This document shows positions 8,168-13,006 of a stretch of 13,006 nt of DNA, piece by piece. The notes beneath the pieces are model-generated. The model worked only from the letters and a program-made list of their open reading frames with translations, made no database searches and was not told the origin of the DNA. The first letter of the stretch is position 1. Every line of letters starts with the position of its first letter. This stretch comes from Candidatus Thorarchaeota archaeon. Its GTDB lineage: Archaea; Asgardarchaeota; Heimdallarchaeia; Hodarchaeales; Hodarchaeaceae. The position numbers and the translations under genes are program-made. The stretch covers positions 1 to 13,006 of the forward strand of contig JBHLRO010000040.1 in NCBI GenBank assembly GCA_048882505.1, given 5' to 3'.

Positions 8168-8383
8168 CCTGAATCGACTAGCGAGTATACGTCCGATGAC
8201 TCCTGGAACAGTGAACTTGTTAGGCACAACCTGGGGAATGCTAATATTGATGATGCTAAGGACCACTACCTATATGTTAAGATAGACGGGGACAATATAT
8301 GGGTGGAGAAAGGGGCAGATTTTAAAGATGGAGGAAACCACTTAGATTTTGAATATACCCCCTTCACAGGCCCTGGCGTTTAA
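8168..8383 (+). pseudogene. Start-less 3' fragment of a gene for a probable extracellular protein
   Basis: 71 sense codons between TGA 8165 and TAA 8381 (PESTSEYTSDDSWNSELVRHNLGNANIDDAKDHYLYVKIDGDNIWVEKGADFKDGGNHLDFEYTPFTGPGV). D/G/N/Y-rich and followed at once by a long T-tract. Confidence 0.5.
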
Positions 8384-8384
8384 A

Positions 8385-8404
8385 TTTCTTTTTTCTTTTT
8401 TTTT
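8385..8404 (+). terminator. Archaeal-type oligo-T terminator
   Basis: TTTCTTTTTTCTTTTTTTTT immediately after TAA 8381-8383. It could also end the operon 1 transcript. Confidence 0.6.
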
Positions 8405-8527
8405 CCAGATACAAGATCTGATCCATTTGATTATGCTTGGGGCAAGATCAAGTCCAATTAGGATAGTTGAATAGGGAAGGTTAAAGCAAGTAACAACCGT
8501 TAAAAATGATCTGTCTGTTTTACCTCC

Positions 8528-8757
8528 TTCTTGGATGTTAAAAGGGTTTAATTCATACCCGGCCTTCTCTGAAGGGAAACAATAGATTTGGGGGTTTATA
8601 ACAGGCGAAGATACCTCATAAATCATAAGCCACTTAGCAACAGCAGGAAGAGCACGAATTTGGGGTTTTGTTTTATAATTGTTCCAACTATTCCTAGCAT
8701 CTTAGAGATTGCGGGGAATTGGAATCTTCTAGGTAAAGGGAGCGTCACATAATTCAC
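8528..8757 (-). pseudogene. Frameshifted, truncated relic of a permease-B paralog (copy of the 5' end of 8808-10259)
   Basis: GTG 8757 reads MNYVTLPLPRRFQFPAISKMLGIVGTIIKQNPKFVLFLLLLSG. A 1-nt loss follows (AGTGG-CTTATG versus AGCGGGCTTATG), then LMIYEVSSPVINPQIYCFPSEKAGYELNPFNIQE. 50/77 aa identical to the intact gene by hand alignment; similarity stops at 8528. Confidence 0.9.
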
Positions 8758-8807
8758 TTCTTCGCAGTGTTCAACCAACGAGCTGATTTCCTCCTATTTC
8801 TTCCGGG

Positions 8808-10259
8808 TCAAGTGGTTCGTTTGATTATCCTTGCGGCAAGGCCCAGTCCCAATAAGAGTGCGAAAATCGGGAGGGCCAAAGTAGAGATCAAGCCTTCAAG
8901 ATTCGGTTTGGTAATCACAAATGCCCCCTCTTTTGAAGTGATAGGATCCCAAAGCCTTGTCTCATTGTGAGCCCCTTTCAATGGTTCAGGTGAGTACTCT
9001 ACGGCTCCTAATCCTCCGATGGCTCCAAAAAAGATTGAACCAAAAATTAGACTTAGAAAGAGCCCCTTTATAATCGCAGGAATTCGTTGGGAGGAAGCGA
9101 TCGAACTCAATAAGCCCAGCCCAATAAAACAGCCTAAGTAGCTCATTAAAACCAGACTTAAGGATAGTACACTGCTGAGGGGATAGACGATACCAAGTTG
9201 GAGGCTAATGAGAGCCACTTTGAAGAAATAGGTAAAAACCAAGAACTTCCCGTAAAACAGAAAGTACCAGAAAAAGCCCGCGATGATCCACTCCTGCCGG
9301 GCGATGGGCAGACTGAAGAGAAACGGCAGATCTTGATGCGCTTTTCGTGCCGCTATCACCTCACTGGTCTCAATTGCCAGGAACAGCAGTAGAAATAGTA
9401 ACCCAGGAAATACGTACCCATGCAGGGCTAGATCTACTTCTCGAATTAACTTGTGGGTCGTTAAAGGAGAGCCTGAAATTTCCTGGATGAGCTTAGCGGG
9501 TTGAAATACCAACCACGAAATAACACTCACAAAAAGAATTTTGATCTGGTTTTCCATGGAACTAAAAAAGCCCCATACTAAGCGTAACCTTGAAATTCGA
9601 GGTACTGATAAACTTAAAGAGGACACAGAGTTAATGGATTCCTCTCTCTGCCTTTTATTAACTCTTCTAATTGTGAAAACTACGCTTCCCCAGAGCATGC
9701 TGAGAAATAGTAAGATAATCAGGCCTAACAGTTGATCATGGTCAGGTCCTACGATTTTGGCCATCCCTTCAAACGCTAATGGTTCTGACGCTAAATTGGT
9801 TAAATAAACTACCATAATCCGAAACCGCTGCCCTGGGGGGAGCGAGAACGAATGCGAGGTCGAATTTTGACTCGTATAAACGGGTTCTGTAATGGGGACA
9901 TGCAATTCATTGGAATCCCAAGCATATTCGACCAAACTAAGGGTACTTTGATTAGAAGTTGTTACATTAATGATCAGGGTCTGGCCTCTGCCTATCAGAA
10001 CCCCTGCCCCAGCACTGAATTGACTAATTTCTTGGGTGTCAAAAGGGTCTAATTCATACCAGATGTTCTCTGGGGGGAGATAATAGATCCGAGGATTCAT
10101 AGCAGCGGATGACACATCATAGATCATAAGCCCGCTTAAAATCAAGAGGAACAGCATGGCATCTGGGACCTGTTTGATAATTGTCCCGACCATTTGTCGC
10201 ATCTTGGTGATTGGGGAGACTTGGTATCTTCTAGGTAGGGGGAGTGTCACATAATTCAC
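8808..10259 (-). CDS. ABC-2-type permease subunit B with an N-terminal extracytoplasmic domain, operon 2
   Basis: 483 aa, GTG start. Paralog of 6671-8128 (ETSEVIAARKAHQDLPFLFSLPIARQEW versus ETAEVFAAKKARRDIMLTFSLPIGRSEW); GRGQ loop motif. Confidence 0.88.
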   Translation of the reverse strand: MNYVTLPLPRRYQVSPITKMRQMVGTIIKQVPDAMLFLLILSGLMIYDVSSAAMNPRIYYLPPENIWYELDPFDTQEISQFSAGAGVLIGRGQTLIINVTTSNQSTLSLVEYAWDSNELHVPITEPVYTSQNSTSHSFSLPPGQRFRIMVVYLTNLASEPLAFEGMAKIVGPDHDQLLGLIILLFLSMLWGSVVFTIRRVNKRQREESINSVSSLSLSVPRISRLRLVWGFFSSMENQIKILFVSVISWLVFQPAKLIQEISGSPLTTHKLIREVDLALHGYVFPGLLFLLLFLAIETSEVIAARKAHQDLPFLFSLPIARQEWIIAGFFWYFLFYGKFLVFTYFFKVALISLQLGIVYPLSSVLSLSLVLMSYLGCFIGLGLLSSIASSQRIPAIIKGLFLSLIFGSIFFGAIGGLGAVEYSPEPLKGAHNETRLWDPITSKEGAFVITKPNLEGLISTLALPIFALLLGLGLAARIIKRTT

Positions 10260-10272
10260 TTCTTCTCTGTAT

Positions 10273-11688
10273 TCACGCGAATCCGAACCGTCTTATGGTG
10301 AAAAAAAACAAGGCAAGCCCTAAAGCGAAGAGTAGAAAATTACCCAATAACGGACCTAGCAGCTGGGGAATAAAAACAGAATCTACTGCTCCTGTTTCTC
10401 TCAATATAGCGCCAAAATTACTTGGCATCAATAAAGGCACTATACTCAGCGTTGTGGGATCGATAAGCAGGATTTCATTTACTATAAAGGCTCCCGTCGC
10501 AATGATGAGGCATTTGGAGGCCAATGTCCAGTGGAACTTGGTGAGGTGAATAATGCTGCTGGTAAGGCCCAGTAATAGGCACCAAGAAAGAACCGTGATT
10601 AAGAAGAGGCCAATCGGCCCCAATGCCGGAATTTGGTGAAAACGCAGGAGGTTGAGGATAACCGCAAGGAGAAAGGCACCAAATGACAGGGGGATGAGGA
10701 TACCGATGCCAAACAGGCCTAAAACCGCCAATCCATATATTCGGCGACTTACGGGATAAGCCCACTCTGTCATAATTTCGGAAACAACCTCGTTAGTTCT
10801 CCAAATGCTCAGTATGGATAACGCAATAAAGGCCACCCAAATTATCCAGAATTGATGGAACACATAGCTCCATAGTGATAACAGACTTGCGGTCAAGTCT
10901 GAGGAGGTGGGAGATAACACCACTACTCGGAAACTGGGATTAGTAAAGAGGAAAAACAGCGGTTGCAGACTCAAGGTGAATAAGAAAGTTCCCCGCTGAT
11001 ACTGCCTGGCCATTAACGCCCCATACAGCTGTATTGTCTCAGGGCGCTTTGTTTCCCTCTCGTAAACGCGCAGACGTTCTATACTCTGCTCGCCTGCCTG
11101 ACTAGGGGTGGCCAGATAATTGGAGATCGCCTCCTGCCTCTGTTTTTTGTGAAACTGACGTATGGGGCTCGAAATAACTTCTACACCTGCAGCAATCATG
11201 AAGAGGGAAACCGTTATCATTTCAACGTCAAGATCAAAACCCGTGACATGATTAGTGCCAACTAGGTTGTTGACCTTCTCTATGACTCCTGAATCTGATA
11301 AAGAATTATTAAAATGCAAGAACAGAATGGTATAGTTTTCCATGACCAGTTGGCCCTGAAATCGACGGCCTACTTGGCTGAATAGGGTATTTTGAGGCGT
11401 TGCATTCACAGCCCAGGCATCAAAGCGCCAATGAGGCACAATAGAGAACCGTAAATCATATGTACATTGAATTCGGAATTCAAAGGTTTGACCTCGCGCT
11501 ACTGCCAGGGGTACGGATTGAAACACCTCACTTTCATTCAGTTGAGACGGGAAATCGATATGGTCATTCGGGAGAGTCACCAAGGCCAGATCTATGACAA
11601 AGAACAAGCACGCTGAAATTACTAAATACTTTGTAAGGAATGAGGCACTTTCTATGCCAGCCAAGAAGGCCTCATAACTTATTTTCAT
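10273..11688 (-). CDS. ABC-2-type permease subunit A with an N-terminal extracytoplasmic domain, operon 2
   Basis: 471 aa. Paralog of 5265-6641 (NYTILFLHFNN versus NYTILFLFWNN; TGFDLDV versus SGFDFDI); ARGQ and YPVSRR motifs. Overlaps the ATPase by 17 bp. Confidence 0.88.
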   Translation of the reverse strand: MKISYEAFLAGIESASFLTKYLVISACLFFVIDLALVTLPNDHIDFPSQLNESEVFQSVPLAVARGQTFEFRIQCTYDLRFSIVPHWRFDAWAVNATPQNTLFSQVGRRFQGQLVMENYTILFLHFNNSLSDSGVIEKVNNLVGTNHVTGFDLDVEMITVSLFMIAAGVEVISSPIRQFHKKQRQEAISNYLATPSQAGEQSIERLRVYERETKRPETIQLYGALMARQYQRGTFLFTLSLQPLFFLFTNPSFRVVVLSPTSSDLTASLLSLWSYVFHQFWIIWVAFIALSILSIWRTNEVVSEIMTEWAYPVSRRIYGLAVLGLFGIGILIPLSFGAFLLAVILNLLRFHQIPALGPIGLFLITVLSWCLLLGLTSSIIHLTKFHWTLASKCLIIATGAFIVNEILLIDPTTLSIVPLLMPSNFGAILRETGAVDSVFIPQLLGPLLGNFLLFALGLALFFFTIRRFGFA

Positions 11689-12652
11689 TCGATTCGGTCC
11701 TCTTTTGTGGGTGAGTTCGGAGCTGCTGATAAATCGCCTCGATTTCTACCTCTACGGGTAAAAAGATTAATTCTTCAACTTTGTTCTCCTGAATGGAGCT
11801 GTTTCGAAAGCGTTTCTGAATTTCCAGTAGCTGGGCAGAGTTTTGAACCCTGATCTCAAGCTCAGAATTCGTTTGGGCGACAATCTCAATATGTAGCTCT
11901 TGTAATAGCGATGCGAGGAGCTGGGGCTGATGTGTCAGGAGGCGATATCTTTTGGCTGGATATTTTGTGAGTAAGTCCTGACGAGTGCCAAATTCTGCGC
12001 ATTTGCCATTAAAGAGGAAAAAAAAGCCATCACATATTCGATTAAGTTCACCCAAGACGTGACTGGCAATAATCACCGTACAGTTATACTCACGAACCAG
12101 AGTTTGTACGTAAGTTTCATAATTTTTCCGACCATCTGGATCCAGATTGGAGGTGGGTTCATCTAGAATGATAAGTGAAGGGAATCCAATTGTGGCCTGA
12201 ATTAACCCATATTTTTGTCTCATCCCTGCGGAAAGTTCCTTTAATCTCAGCTCAGACGCAGCTAACAGATCAAAGTAGTTCAAGAGATCCAAAGTTTGGC
12301 GTTTAGCCGTGGTTTTCGATAATCCTCGGATTTGGCCCACCCATTGTAAGGAGGAAAATACCCGGAGACTCGGCGGATAGCTGGGATTTTCGAAACAGAC
12401 CCCTAATCTCTGGCGGATACTTAAAGGGTCTTTAGCTAGGTCATAACCAAAAATCTGCACGTCACCGGATGTGGGAAAAATAATGGTACTCATGATCTTA
12501 ATTAGAGTAGACTTTCCAGCTCCATTGGGGCCAATTATGCCCAGGATGCCCCGTTCCCATTCCAGGTTGATATTATCCAAAGCGAGATCGGTTTGGTTAC
12601 GATATCTCTTTGTTACCGAGGATATTCGGACGGCCTGGTTCTCTCGTGCCAG
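11672..12652 (-). CDS. ABC-2-type transporter ATP-binding protein, operon 2 (probable CTG start at 12652 rather than TTG at 12580)
   Basis: Walker A GPNGAGKST, FENP, LSAGMRQK, IILDEPTSNLD, ASH. About 60% identical to 4324-5268 over a gapless 196-aa core (hand count). The frame extends 24 codons upstream of 12580 and encodes the conserved first strand (AVRISSVTKRY). Confidence 0.93.
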   Translation of the reverse strand: MARENQAVRISSVTKRYRNQTDLALDNINLEWERGILGIIGPNGAGKSTLIKIMSTIIFPTSGDVQIFGYDLAKDPLSIRQRLGVCFENPSYPPSLRVFSSLQWVGQIRGLSKTTAKRQTLDLLNYFDLLAASELRLKELSAGMRQKYGLIQATIGFPSLIILDEPTSNLDPDGRKNYETYVQTLVREYNCTVIIASHVLGELNRICDGFFFLFNGKCAEFGTRQDLLTKYPAKRYRLLTHQPQLLASLLQELHIEIVAQTNSELEIRVQNSAQLLEIQKRFRNSSIQENKVEELIFLPVEVEIEAIYQQLRTHPQKRTESNENKL

Positions 12653-12655
12653 TGT

Positions 12656-12970
12656 TTACTCCTCCATTTTATTTATGCCACGAATAGATTGGCGGAAACT
12701 CCAGAGCTCGAGGAATTCGGCCTTAATTTCCAATCCAGTAGCAGTTAGCTCGTAAAGGGATAATGACTCTTGTGAAGATGTGAGTTTAGCGAGCAACCCG
12801 TGGGCCTGGAGTTGTTTTAGTACCCGTGAAACATTAGATACAGGAATCCCTGTCTTCTCACTGATGTGGCTCGGAGGTTGACATCCTCCCAGCAAAACCT
12901 TGAAAATCTCACTCCGATTCTTTCCTCTTAGAACATAACCCAAACGCTCTGATTTGGTTTTTAATTTCAA
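12656..12970 (-). CDS. Winged helix-turn-helix transcriptional regulator (ArsR/MarR-like)
   Basis: 104 aa, TTG start. RSEIFKVLL-(x)-PSHISEKTGIPVSNVSRVLKQLQAHGLL is an HTH, followed by the wing YELTATG. Its stop lies 3 nt before the ATPase CTG. Confidence 0.9.
   Translation of the reverse strand: MKLKTKSERLGYVLRGKNRSEIFKVLLGGCQPPSHISEKTGIPVSNVSRVLKQLQAHGLLAKLTSSQESLSLYELTATGLEIKAEFLELWSFRQSIRGINKMEE
12659..12665 (-). promoter_or_regulatory. Shine-Dalgarno-like GGAGGAG for the operon 2 ATPase
   Basis: The minus strand reads GGAGGAG-TAAACA-CTG, a 6-nt spacer, with the site embedded in the last codons of the HTH gene. Confidence 0.65.
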
Positions 12971-13006
12971 TTCCTCGCACCCTGAGATAGAATTGCGACT
13001 GGGGTC

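Noticed and set aside
8342-8626. 94-aa minus-strand ORF as an independent gene
   Set aside because: Its first 33 aa are the post-frameshift part of the permease relic. The rest runs through non-homologous sequence and the antisense of the T-tract (KKKEKR).
8774-8810. Alternative frame after the permease B2 stop (..PEEIGGNQLVG*) suggesting a frameshifted C-terminus
   Set aside because: B2 already ends at a position comparable to B1, and no slippery site or homology supports an extension.
4475-12755. Small ORFs nested in or antisense to the ABC genes (4475, 4590, 5530, 5687, 6191, 7720, 8767, 9198, 9541, 9852, 10244, 10475, 12471)
   Set aside because: They are shadow frames of well-supported CDSs with no independent motifs.
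1-13006. CRISPR arrays, tRNAs, rRNAs, DGR template/variable repeat pairs
   Set aside because: No regularly spaced repeats or cloverleaf/T-loop motifs were seen. The only long repeat pair (8528-8773 versus 10029-10275) differs at all base types and has no RT nearby, so it is a paralog relic rather than a DGR.

Overview
The window looks archaeal, possibly Asgard (Heimdall/Thor-like). That is an inference from 24-aa 'IDLxPL' leucine-rich repeats, T-tract terminators, TATA-like promoters and dense N-x-S/T sequons in extracytoplasmic loops. Left third: the 3' end of a hypothetical gene, an LRR protein whose C-terminal half has higher GC, a decayed-looking spacer, a signal-peptide protein rich in Trp/Tyr, and a ~900-bp intergenic region with several hairpins. 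The rest holds two paralogous three-gene ABC-2-type operons (ATPase, permease A, permease B) facing each other tail-to-tail; the minus-strand one is preceded by a winged-HTH regulator. Both ATPases have Glu at the Q-loop position, as in LanF/BcrA. All four permeases carry an extra N-terminal extracytoplasmic domain with a shared [GSA]RGQ motif and 2-6 N-glycosylation sequons. Features the ORF track misses: a probable CTG start for the second ATPase, a frameshifted relic of a third permease-B copy, and a start-less gene 3' end followed by a T-tract between the operons. No tRNA, rRNA, CRISPR array or recognisable transposase was found. No database searches were possible, so all functions are inferred from motifs read by eye.
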